In this document: positions 46,623-55,769 of the stretch, one piece after another
Layout: every line of letters begins with the position of its first letter
Position numbering within the stretch: the stretch's first letter is position 1
NCBI GenBank assembly: GCA_963702535.1
Contig: CAVPDG010000007.1
Span: forward strand, 4,949-68,948
From: an uncultured Chloroflexia bacterium
Lineage (GTDB): Bacteria > Chloroflexota > Anaerolineae > Anaerolineales > UBA4823
Reading direction: 5' to 3'
DNA: 64,000 bases
Notes under the pieces: generated by a model
Told to the model about the DNA's origin: nothing
The model's input: only the letters and a program-made list of their open reading frames with translations
Database searches by the model: none
Program-made: the position numbers and the translations under genes

Positions 46623-48131
46623 TTAAGCCTGCGATGTCCCGCAGTATGGGCAAAAAGCACAATTAATTGGGATTGGTTTACTGCAAGAGATACAGCTTTT
46701 TTCGGTAGCCGTTGGTTGCCCACAAACCGGACAATATTTATACTCAGATGGAACTTCATCACCACATTTTGAGCAAGTTATGGTTGACTTTCCCAAAACA
46801 GCAGGTTTGCTTTCATCATCTTTCTTACGAGTAAAGACCTTACCAAACGAACCTTTAACTTTCACACCTGCTCCCGCGGCTGTACCTTTGACACTATCGG
46901 CCGCTTGCCCAGCTGCACCTACGGCCTTAACGGCTACCCCTCCGGCGATGCCAGCTGTTTTTTCAAACACGTTCTTCTGAATGATGATTTGATAATCTTG
47001 AGTTCGTCGCTCAATTTCAGCCATATCCAAAGATACTTGCAAACACTCGGCGATGCCCTCTAAAAATGCACGCTCCTTGTCGGCCAGTTCGCCATCATAG
47101 ATCGCCATCAAGATCAATGTTTCCATTAAACCGTGCTTTACTTCCACATCCTCAATATCAGCAATAGCGGGAAGAATATTATCCTCACTGGCGATCATCT
47201 TTTGAAATTCTGCTTGAGAATGTTCATCAAAGGACATCCGTGATAGCATCGCCTTGTAAAATTCTTTTTCTTTTGAGGAGAACTGACCATCTGCTTGGGC
47301 CACATACATCACTGCGGCTGGAAATGCTAAATCGTAGGTATTTTGACGTGATACCAAAACCCGTAACTCATCCGTAACTTTACCTCTATTTTTTAGATGC
47401 GCTTTGGCAATTCTACCGACTGATTTGGTCGTGACATAATTGTAACTGCTGCCTACAGCTGCCGAAGCCAGAGGAACGGCATATTTCAGAATGGTTTTCT
47501 GTAAAATCCTGATACCCAATCGACGGGCAAAATCCTGGACAGCTTTAAGTGTGCCCTTACTGATGTATTGTTTGACTGCACCTTTTGCACCAGCTCCCGC
47601 TGCCACCTGAAGCCCCCTGCCCAGCATTGCTGTAGGCGTCACTCCTAATGCATACCCAAAAATCATCATCACATCTTCGGGGTCTTCTGGATCAAGTTGG
47701 AGATCATAAACAACGGAAAGATCGAGAACAAGGCGCATTTGAATTTGAGCCAGATAAAGCATCTCGGCTCCAATTGCACCGACGAAGATTGCTGCTGTCA
47801 TTCCCGCAGAAGCTAATGCACTAATTTGATTTGCAGAAGCTACAACCCCGGTAACGGCTCCGGCAATGGTCGCATATCTAACCGTAACGGAGGTCAAGAT
47901 CTCAGCAATTTCATCCGGAGGTAATCCAGGATACTTTTTTTGAAAATATGCCGCTGTAGCATTACGATCATATGCTCGAATAACTTTTTGTAATAATTGA
48001 GTGAACCATTCTCCGCTTTTGACGTCTTCAATATTAAACGATTTGGCGAGTTGTTTGGCTTGATCAAGCTCGGAAGCGACTTGGGTTTTGAGAGCCTCAT
48101 CTTCTGGAATGGTGGTTTCTGATGTTGACAT
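46623..48131 (-). CDS. EcsC-like / TerB-like / double zinc-ribbon fusion protein
   Basis: 502 aa in an AT-rich gene. The N-terminal two thirds are EcsC-like (EWFTQLLQKVIRAY..., MRLVLDLSVVYDLQLDPEDPEDVMMIFGYALGV). The middle is TerB-like (AQADGQFSSKEKEFY...MAIYDGELADKERAFLEGIA). The C-terminus reads CSKCGDEV...YCPVCG...CISCSKPI...FCPYCG. Confidence 0.6.
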   Translation of the reverse strand: MSTSETTIPEDEALKTQVASELDQAKQLAKSFNIEDVKSGEWFTQLLQKVIRAYDRNATAAYFQKKYPGLPPDEIAEILTSVTVRYATIAGAVTGVVASANQISALASAGMTAAIFVGAIGAEMLYLAQIQMRLVLDLSVVYDLQLDPEDPEDVMMIFGYALGVTPTAMLGRGLQVAAGAGAKGAVKQYISKGTLKAVQDFARRLGIRILQKTILKYAVPLASAAVGSSYNYVTTKSVGRIAKAHLKNRGKVTDELRVLVSRQNTYDLAFPAAVMYVAQADGQFSSKEKEFYKAMLSRMSFDEHSQAEFQKMIASEDNILPAIADIEDVEVKHGLMETLILMAIYDGELADKERAFLEGIAECLQVSLDMAEIERRTQDYQIIIQKNVFEKTAGIAGGVAVKAVGAAGQAADSVKGTAAGAGVKVKGSFGKVFTRKKDDESKPAVLGKSTITCSKCGDEVPSEYKYCPVCGQPTATEKSCISCSKPIPINCAFCPYCGTSQA

Positions 48132-48477
48132 AATTACCTCGTGTGCCTTTTTAAATCATTTATTAGGTGCCTGATATTGAAGGTAAATTCGATCTATATG
48201 CGGCTAACAATTTATTATATTGTATTTTTAATGAATCCTGTAATTAGCTTTGCCAAATAATGTGATTTTCTTCACCCAATCTGTTGTCGCCCTCCATGAA
48301 AAAGATATTTGCGTGACCAACACTATTATTTACTTTGGTCTTAATGTCCGAATTACGTCCGAACAATTCGGACTCCTACATCCTGCATCAAGCTCTTACT
48401 GCGACCGATTGAACGCTTACGATCTTCTTTAGATTTTTATCTTTTCTCTGTTAGAAGGCTGAGTAGTTACAAATTTT

Positions 48478-49467
48478 CTATACAACAGACCAGCTGCCAC
48501 TGCGGGCGCTGGCGAAGAGGGCGTCGATGGCAGCCATGTTAGCGATGGCGTCCTCAAGCGGCGTTGGCACGGGGGTATTGTCCAGGATGGCTTTGGAGAA
48601 CAGGTCGCCCTGGATCGTGTACTGGTCGCAAACCCCCAGCTCGTGAGTCTGTTTCCCGTTGGCGGTGTAAACGTTGAGATAAGTGGGGCGGTCGATGGGG
48701 GGGTTGAAGGGGAGCTCGATCTCCAGCCTGCCGTCTGTGCCCAGGATATTCACCTGCTGGAAGTCGGATAGCTGCGTGGCGCAGGTAAACGTGGCGATGC
48801 CCTGTGCGAACTCCATGATGCCGCTGGCAATGCGGTCGGTCTTGAAGCGCGGGTCGAGATCCAGGATAGCGAAAGCGCGAGACGGCTCGCCGGCGAAGAC
48901 CAGGCGCGAGAGGGATACGGCGTAGCAGCCCACATCCAGCAAGCCGCCGCCGCCGATGTCGGCCATGTTGCGCACGTTAGCAGGATCATCCAGGTAATAG
49001 TTGAAGAAAGCGTGGACGGCGCGCACCTGCCCCAACTCCCCGCTCTGGACGATCTGCTGCGCCAGCTTCCACTGCGGGTGGTGGCGGTACATGAATGCCT
49101 CCATCACCTTCAGCTCAGGATGCCGTTTTGCCGCATCCAGCAAGCGGCGCGCGTCCGCCACGTCCAGCCCGAGCGGTTTCTCGCACAGCACATGCTTGCC
49201 GGCTTCCAGCGCCTTGAGCGACCAGGGCACATGCAGGTGGTTGGGCAGCGGGTTGTAGATCGCTTCGATGGCAGGGTCAGCCAGCAGCTCCTCATAGGAT
49301 CCGTAGGCTTTGGAGATGCCGAGCTGCTGCGCGGCAGCCTGCGCCTTTTCCAGGCTGCGCGAGGCAATGGCGGTCACCTGGCTGTATTGCCCTTTCTGCA
49401 TGGCGGGCAGGACTTCGCTCAAAGCGATATTGGCGGTGCTGATCACGCCCCAATTGATTTTTCTCAT
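48478..49467 (-). CDS. Gfo/Idh/MocA-family NAD(P)-dependent oxidoreductase
   Basis: INWGVISTANIA..., the EKPL motif (VLCEKPLGL), and a dimerisation-domain C-terminal half. Confidence 0.85.
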   Translation of the reverse strand: MRKINWGVISTANIALSEVLPAMQKGQYSQVTAIASRSLEKAQAAAQQLGISKAYGSYEELLADPAIEAIYNPLPNHLHVPWSLKALEAGKHVLCEKPLGLDVADARRLLDAAKRHPELKVMEAFMYRHHPQWKLAQQIVQSGELGQVRAVHAFFNYYLDDPANVRNMADIGGGGLLDVGCYAVSLSRLVFAGEPSRAFAILDLDPRFKTDRIASGIMEFAQGIATFTCATQLSDFQQVNILGTDGRLEIELPFNPPIDRPTYLNVYTANGKQTHELGVCDQYTIQGDLFSKAILDNTPVPTPLEDAIANMAAIDALFASARSGSWSVV

Positions 49468-49512
49468 AGGTCACCTCGGAATAATCTCGCGATCCTGCAT
49501 CCACCTGAAAGT

Positions 49513-50241
49513 TTATTCCTCGGGGGTTGCATGGATCTCCTGTACCAGTATGATGGGAAACGGCAATTTTTCAGATTCGAGAACGGCTGCTAAATTATTG
49601 GCAGATTGTTGGGAAAAATCTCCAGTGATTACTACTGACCCATCTGATATTGGGGCGTTAATTACCGGTTCTGAGATAATCACTTTATCCAGGACAATTG
49701 CAAGAATGGATCCAATATTTGCTCGGGTATGTTCTTCCAGGATACTTGCAGCCTCTGGCTTAAGTGTGAATGCAATCTCGTAACCGCCGTTTTCCGTTTT
49801 CAAGACATTTGCACTCTGAAAATCTTCGTTTATTAGGATCGTATGCCATGCATCTCCCTGCGCCTGAGGTAGATAACCAATTTCTTGGTCGGTCTTGATG
49901 ACGCTACTCAATGGCAGCCTATTTTTCCCCAGGTCTACTAATTCGAGAAATCCGATTGAGCTAAGGCGATCAAGCAAAGCCTGCCTGTCAATATGTTTTG
50001 GAATTTTGCCAACGATTTGTCCCTTGTTATTCACGGAAAAATTTACACCGGAAAACCCTGCGTCGGAAGCCCGATTGGTAAGAATGGTTGCGGTTTTCAT
50101 AAGTAGCGCAGCGTCTGGAGCTGTCACTCTGGAAGTATCGGGCTCATAGATGATTCTTTCAGTATTTATTCGCTGATCAAGCAAGCGAATATACCTGCTT
50201 CCTAAGGTCACGAGTGCACTAACCGCTAGTAGGCAAATCAT
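49513..50241 (-). CDS. SecD periplasmic-head (P1)-like domain protein with an N-terminal TM anchor
   Basis: ILAIVLDKVIISEPVINAPISDGSVVITGDFSQQSANNLAAVLESEKLPFPI matches the SecD P1 block (lAivLDg.visaP.i...I.gG.a.I.G.f...eA..La..L..G.LP) as I recall it. The open frame extends upstream of the ATG without a start codon. Confidence 0.55.
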   Translation of the reverse strand: MICLLAVSALVTLGSRYIRLLDQRINTERIIYEPDTSRVTAPDAALLMKTATILTNRASDAGFSGVNFSVNNKGQIVGKIPKHIDRQALLDRLSSIGFLELVDLGKNRLPLSSVIKTDQEIGYLPQAQGDAWHTILINEDFQSANVLKTENGGYEIAFTLKPEAASILEEHTRANIGSILAIVLDKVIISEPVINAPISDGSVVITGDFSQQSANNLAAVLESEKLPFPIILVQEIHATPEE

Positions 50242-50297
50242 GCCCGCCAGGAATGCCAGGCAGGGGAATGAGCCAGGCAGGCTTTCTTCTGGCGTCT

Positions 50298-50699
50298 CTA
50301 CTTCCTGTTTGACTCTGCACCGCGCCCTGTGTATTGGCGAGCCGCAGATTTTCGTTCGGCTTCTTTATACTCGGGATCGAGCCTCAGGGCTTCTTGATAA
50401 TCGTTAATTGCTTCGTTTATTTGACCCAATTCTTCCAAAAGAAGCCCACGCAGGTTATGCGCTTCTGCAGAATTGGGTTCATATTGAATGGCTTGATCGA
50501 TATTTTTCAGGGCGTTCTTGATATTGCCTTGATCAATATCTTTCTGCGTCCGGTCTAAATAGAATTGGAACAACTCCAGGCGCTTCGTGTTATCAAGGGG
50601 AGCATCTAGATCAGTGCCGCAATGGGGGCATATGCTATCTGCTTCGCTGATCTTGTTTCCACAATCTGGACATCGTAATGGAAAGAGATATCTGCTCAT
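50298..50699 (-). CDS. Zinc-ribbon + TPR-repeat protein
   Basis: CPDCGNKI...CPHCG followed by TPR-like repeats (AEAHNLRGLLLEELGQINEAINDYQEALRLDP). Confidence 0.6.
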   Translation of the reverse strand: MSRYLFPLRCPDCGNKISEADSICPHCGTDLDAPLDNTKRLELFQFYLDRTQKDIDQGNIKNALKNIDQAIQYEPNSAEAHNLRGLLLEELGQINEAINDYQEALRLDPEYKEAERKSAARQYTGRGAESNRK

Positions 50700-50873
50700 C
50701 TGGTGCTCACCATAAGCCGGCGATATTCTAATCCAACCAGTCCATTTGTTTTGTCACGGCTGTGCTCATAGCCGTTACCAGGGAAATTTGCGTGTCCGAT
50801 AGGTGTCTCCGGACTTCGAATTATAATTTTATCATTTCATACGTGGTTGAGTACCCTGGCTGCCGCATCAATG

Positions 50874-52181
50874 ATGGCTTTCTCAAGAAAGGGAATTACT
50901 TGCAATCAGCAAGGCGAAAGCTTCCTGAAGATGTCCGGCAAACCACCTTCGGGCATGAGCGGCATTCGTGAAACCGGCCATCTTGAGCAAGCCCAGAACC
51001 AGATTATGTACGATCGCAAGAATCCGTCCTGCCGCACCTTTGGTCATGCGAGTCGCATCTTCATGGAAAGTGACATCCCGCCGATAATGCAAGCCTGTTT
51101 CGATCAACGAATGTTTTCGTCTCACCGCAAGCACTTTTTCAGGCGAAGCTTTCTCCCTGGTGAGGCTGGTAATGCCGAACTCCACTTCACAACTGGTTTT
51201 GTAGACCTTCCCTGGCGTATCCAGGTGAACTTGCGCTCCAGGCGATACACTTGTCCTATCCCAGGCCAACCGAGATAGTCATTGAGCATGGCGCTCGTTT
51301 GGAGGGTGCGTTTTTCGATCCGTCCGTGTCCGCAGTTGACCTTTTCGGTGCCTTGAAAGTCGGTTGCGATCTTACCAAATCCAGGTTTGGGCTGGTCGGG
51401 GGCAAACAGGCGCTGAATATCTTCATACAGGCGTTCCTGGTTCTCCTTGACCGGCCACAGATAGTCGCCGCCTCGCTCAACAATGTGCGCCGAAATGGCT
51501 CGCTGCGTATGCATGGCATCGCCCGTGACGATTTTTCCCGCTATCGACACGTGCCCCAATGCTTTCGGCGCTGCAACAATCTCGTTTTCCTTGATATCTA
51601 CCACCTCCTGAGCTATCACGTGTTGGCTTTGTCCATCGTACACGCTCAAAACATGGTCGCCGCGTTCTTGATCAGCAACCCGTGTACCCCGCAACGTTTT
51701 GCCATCCATTGCCAGTGTTTCTCCGGTTTCATCAGCTTGCGGTTGGTGATACTCCTGCATCAGTTGCTCAAATTCGGCTTCGCTAATAATATCCTGGAAC
51801 ATCCGCCGGTAGGTGTTATGATGCGGCATCCAGCTACGGCGCAACTTCAACAACTTGGCCAATTCTTCCGCATGATTCTTGGCCCAATCGGCAATCGCTA
51901 CGGGTGTGTCCTGGTTGCACAGCTTTGCCAGAAAGATCAACACCATCAATGTCACCAGACTGTAACGTTTCCCTTTAGCCTTGCGCGGATCGCTAATCCG
52001 CTGAAAACGGTCATACAAGCTGCCAAGCGAATATACAATCCCTGTCTCACTGATCTCTTGCCAAAACTCAAGCGTGCTATACTCCATAAGATCCTCTCGG
52101 TGATTCGGCTGTTTAGACGCAACCAATTTTACCGAAGAGGATCATTTTGTCTACCTGTCAAGGTTTCTTGAGAAAGCCATT
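50874..52181 (-). mobile_element. ISAs1-family insertion sequence with 17-bp terminal inverted repeats and an 11-bp target duplication
   Basis: Left repeat ATGGCTTTCTCAAGAAA (50874-50890) and right repeat TTTCTTGAGAAAGCCAT (52164-52180). CCGCATCAATG flanks both ends (50863-50873 and 52182-52192). Confidence 0.8.
50883..52087 (-). pseudogene. ISAs1-family (H-repeat-associated, IS4-like DDE) transposase, frame broken once at 51210-51212
   Basis: MEYSTLEFWQEIS...DPRKAKGKRYSLVTLMVLIFLAKL...LAMDGKTLRG...IVTGDAMHTQR...YRLERKFTWIR, then in a second frame GKVYKTSCEVEFGITSL...HSLIETGLHYRRDVTFHEDATRM.... Adding one G (GGG to GGGG) rejoins the frames. Confidence 0.8.
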
Positions 52182-52208
52182 CCGCATCAATGCCAGCCCT
52201 CAAAACCG

Positions 52209-54224
52209 CTACTCACTGCATAAGATCGAAACGACCGTCTCATAGGCATAACCGGCGGGAGCATCCGGCTTCTTCTCGAGCTGGGCGCAGATGAAATCCT
52301 GGACGGTGAGGTCAGCCTTGAGCGCCTCAGCAAGCTGGCGGGCTTTCTCAACCTGACCGGCGCTGGCGTAGCCTTCCAGGAAGGGCATCCATTCCGATAC
52401 ATCGGATGGCGCCAGCCCTTTTTGCTCCGCCTCAGCGCCCAGCCTGGCAATGCCTGCCCAATCGCCGACCTGGCGGGCGAACCCCGCTTTTTGGTAATAG
52501 TAGCACCAGGTGTGCTGCGGCTCGCTGCCGAAGATCGCCTGTGGCGGGGTGGTAAAAGGTACGTCCGTCTTGATCAGGTCCGTCCTGGAGTATGGCGCGA
52601 ACGCCTGCACCAGCGGGTCTTCGGAGCTGGAAAGTTCGTATTGCTGCCTGTCGATCACGTGCAGGCAGGCGGCGCTATCCGGCATGCTCAGCACCAGCGG
52701 GCGGGCAAAATTGCGGTTGATCCAGATCTCGCGGTGCGTCTTGGGCTTGCGGATGCCGCCTCGCAGATAGGGCAAGAAGGAGCGGTCCAGGATCTCCCCA
52801 CTGAGGGTGGGGAACTCGGAATCGGGGTAATAGATCAGGTTCGCCGGCGCCCACGCCTGGTAGCCTTCGGCAAAATCGAGCAAGGAGGGTGGCTTCAAGA
52901 AGAGCAGCGTGGCTTTCTCCAGGCTCGGGGCGCGCCAGCTCAGCTGCCACCACACTTGTTTCTGGATGGTCCAGTCGTGCGCGCTTCATCAATGCCGCGT
53001 TGTAGTGCGCCAGCACCCCCATGCCGACCAGGATGGCGATCGCCCACGGGCGTAGCCGCGGTTTGATTGCCAGGAAAACCAGTCCGCCCAGCAGCAGGCT
53101 GGCGCCGATCATCGCCGGGAGGGTATAGCGGGCATCGCGCGCCTGGAAGACCACGTTGCGGTTGGAGAAGAGCACCGGGAGCAAGCCAAAGACAACGGAT
53201 AGCGCTCCGATCCAGACCCAGCTCAGGCTTACCCGGCGCTCCTCAGCGTTGGCTTGGGCTGTAGGTTTGCCGTAGCGGAAATACAGCCAGGGAGCCGCGC
53301 CCGCCAGCAAAGCGATGACCAGACCCGCCAGGAGCTGCTGGTAGCTGGGGTAGTACCAGTCGCGGTACAGCGGCACCACCCACGCCATGAATGCGCTCTC
53401 GATGAAGTCTCGCCCCATCTCGAGCGCCAGGCGGAGTAGCATACCGGCTTTATCGCTGGAGTAGGCAAGCAGCAGCCGGTCCACGTCGGTGGTGGGACGG
53501 GTGCTGTTGAAGAAGAAAAAGCGCCAGATGATAAATAATCCGCTCAGCAGGACGAACGGCGCCCACCAGAGCAGCAAGCGCAGCAGGGCTCGCTTGGGCG
53601 GGAGCTTCTCCCGGTTTTCCAGGGCGACCCAAAGCAGCATCAGGCGCAGCGCTTCGAGCCCCACGGCGTACTCCACCAGAAGCTGGTAGAGGAACATCAG
53701 CGTCAGGGAGGCGGCGTAGAGCAAGAGGATGACCGGCAGGCTCTTCAGCCGCGCGGCGTAGACCATCAGCCCGATGGAGAGGGTTGCCAGCAGCATGACC
53801 GTCAGCGAGACCTGGAAGGTGAGCGCCTGGGTCTGCTCCAGGAAGCCGGGATACACGGCGTAAAGCAGGGTCGCTGCGGTGGTCATTAACGTATGCTGGG
53901 GCCAGAGCATGCGCAGCAGCCAGAAGAGCGAAAAAACCATCAGCAGGCGCAAGAGCAGGGCGTAGAGGTGCCAGTGCAGCGGGCTCTCGCCAAGCAGGGG
54001 GTAGATCAGGGAGAACAGGTAGCCGATCGCCGGGCGGTCCTCGGCGAACATGGGGATGAAGTCTGCGCGCCCCGGGCGACGCCCGACCAGACGACGTACA
54101 GGTCTTCGAGGTAAAACCCGAGCTGGTGGATAAACGGTAGGTAAGCCAGCAGGGTGACGAACCCGACCAGCAGCGCAGAAAGCATGCCTTCATGCCGTGC
54201 GGGCTGCTCCAACCAACGTTTCAT
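52209..54224 (-). pseudogene. Large polytopic membrane protein, GT-C (ArnT/PMT-like) glycosyltransferase candidate with a soluble C-terminal domain, frame broken twice (about 54062-54070 and 52976-52984)
   Basis: Start at MKRWLEQPARHEGMLSALLVGFVTLLAYLP. Three frames concatenate: ...YVVWSGVARGA | DFIPMFAEDRPAIGYLFSLIYPLLG...(about 12 TM)...LAHYNAALMKRA | HDWTIQKQVWWQLSW...QHTWCYYYQKAGFARQVGDWAGIARLGAEAEQKGL.... Confidence 0.55.
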
Positions 54225-54293
54225 AGAGATTAAATTTATCCTATCTGACGGGATTTTATCCCTGGAAACCCAGGTTGAGGGAATCGCCGCGGA

Positions 54294-54333
54294 CCCCAAA
54301 ATCCGGGAATCATCACGGTAAATCCCAATCAGC
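54294..54333. repeat. Repeat-family module X, copy 1
   Basis: CCCCAAAATCCGGGAATCATCACGGTAAATCCCAATCAG is nearly identical to 59462-59500 and to the reverse complement of 58245-58283. Confidence 0.75.
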
Positions 54334-54354
54334 TAAAACCCAAAGCGGGGCGGT

Positions 54355-55626
54355 TCAAACCATAGCGAAGGATGCGTAGGTTGCGTATAGATAAGACGGT
54401 TTGCTGGGGAACAACGCCTCGATCAGATTGAGCAATTGCGGCTTGACAATGATGTCAGGCCAGGCATCCATCAGCTCGTCCAGTGTCCGGTGAGCCAACA
54501 GCAGGCGAACGAACGCCTCCGGCGGGATGCACAGTTCGCCGCCATCAGCACCCATCGAGGAGTCCACGAACCCCAGCGGTTCCACGCTCACCAACCTTCC
54601 CGCTAGAAAAGACAGCCGGTATGCCTGGCGGAACAGGTTGAGGGTGAGCTCTTGGGTCAGCCCGGAAAAGCCCGCTTCGAAAGCTCGTTTCTCGAATACG
54701 GGCGCCAGTTTCATCAGGAATTTTGGCAGATCGTGGAAATGGAACAGCCATTGTCCCACCAGGGTAGCATGGCTGCCGAGGCTGCGCGCCATGCGCGCCA
54801 GCGCAGACTCGTTCGGCCAAAACACCTGGATATCTCCGGTTGTGCGCAATTTGAGATGCTGCAGGATGGGCAGCGCTGCCTGGGCATCGAGCGTGGCGCT
54901 CTCTACCACGCTGAAACCGGGGATATCGGGGTGGGCGCAAGCCCCAAAATAGCCGCACGCCTCCCCGTTGTGGGCATTGATCACCAGTTCTACCGGGAAG
55001 CGCGCCTGTTCCAGCAGGTAGCGCCAGTGTTCGGGTGTGCGGGTAAGCGTTAGAGCGTAAGGCTGCATAGCCTGCCGGTACAGGTCCGTTAGCAGTTGGC
55101 AATCCGCAGCCGTCGCATTGCGGAACGAGTAAGCGCTGCCATTGGGTGGTTGGGCGTCCGGGATACGGCTGCTGGGCAGCGATTCATAACAATTGCCTTC
55201 GATGGCGTAGGCATACCCGTATTGCCGGTAGTAGTAGGGGATGCCCCAGATAAAGCTCAAATCATAGCCGCCTTCCTGCACGGCTTGCATGAACCTCCGG
55301 ACCAGGATTTTAATCAGCCCCTGGCGGCGGTAATCGGGGTGCGAGAGCACCTGCTCCATCTGGGCGGCGCGCAGGGGCACGCCTTCGAAGCCCATCTCCC
55401 AGGGGATCAGGCAGGTGGTGGCGACGATCTGACCGGTTGTTGCCTCTTCGATCAGCCAGAAGTTCTCGTAGCTCCCTCCGGGATAATTGCGCAACAGGAT
55501 GCCGGTATTCAACCCTTCATTAGGGTTGTTGTAGGTTGTATTGAATGCGACGTACTTTTGGATATCCGTCTCATCCCGCACCGTGCGTAGCAGTAAATCT
55601 TTTTCCAGCATCGTCACAGAACTCAT
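54355..55626 (-). CDS. Eis-like GNAT N-acetyltransferase with a C-terminal SCP2-like domain
   Basis: 423 aa. The GNAT core reads QMEQVLSHPDYRRQGLIKILVRRFM. Overall length and tripartite layout resemble Eis-type acetyltransferases. Confidence 0.6.
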   Translation of the reverse strand: MSSVTMLEKDLLLRTVRDETDIQKYVAFNTTYNNPNEGLNTGILLRNYPGGSYENFWLIEEATTGQIVATTCLIPWEMGFEGVPLRAAQMEQVLSHPDYRRQGLIKILVRRFMQAVQEGGYDLSFIWGIPYYYRQYGYAYAIEGNCYESLPSSRIPDAQPPNGSAYSFRNATAADCQLLTDLYRQAMQPYALTLTRTPEHWRYLLEQARFPVELVINAHNGEACGYFGACAHPDIPGFSVVESATLDAQAALPILQHLKLRTTGDIQVFWPNESALARMARSLGSHATLVGQWLFHFHDLPKFLMKLAPVFEKRAFEAGFSGLTQELTLNLFRQAYRLSFLAGRLVSVEPLGFVDSSMGADGGELCIPPEAFVRLLLAHRTLDELMDAWPDIIVKPQLLNLIEALFPSKPSYLYATYASFAMV

Positions 55627-55697
55627 CCCAGCACCTCCCCAGGAAGATCAGAAGGATCAGTCATATTTTTGAACTTGTCCGAAAATTCGTGGGGTTC

Positions 55698-55742
55698 CGA
55701 TTTTGAGGTGTGTGCAGCGAAGCCGCACACACCTCAAAATCG
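55698..55742. repeat. Perfect 18-bp-stem palindrome (repeat-family hairpin)
   Basis: CGATTTTGAGGTGTGTGC, loop AGCGAAGCC, then GCACACACCTCAAAATCG. It shares GGTGTGTGCAGCGAAGCC with 58275-58295. Confidence 0.8.
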
Positions 55743-55769
55743 TTTCTCCCATCCGTTTTTGGTAGATAC

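Noticed and set aside
46240-46662. 140-aa minus-strand ORF taken as a real gene
   Set aside because: It is a composite read-through of the 19-bp hairpin, an IS66-like C-terminal remnant and the 3' overlap with the EcsC-like gene. It has no credible N-terminus or start context.
50883-52126. Programmed ribosomal frameshift in the ISAs1 transposase
   Set aside because: ISAs1-family transposases are normally a single ORF. The break is a one-base loss in a G-run, like the many other homopolymer indels in this window, and no slippery heptamer/structure arrangement is evident.
46240-52200. Prophage or integrative element
   Set aside because: There is no integrase/recombinase, no phage structural or replication genes, and no flanking tRNA or long direct repeats. 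Only IS-type debris is present, so it is better described as an IS-mediated mosaic island.
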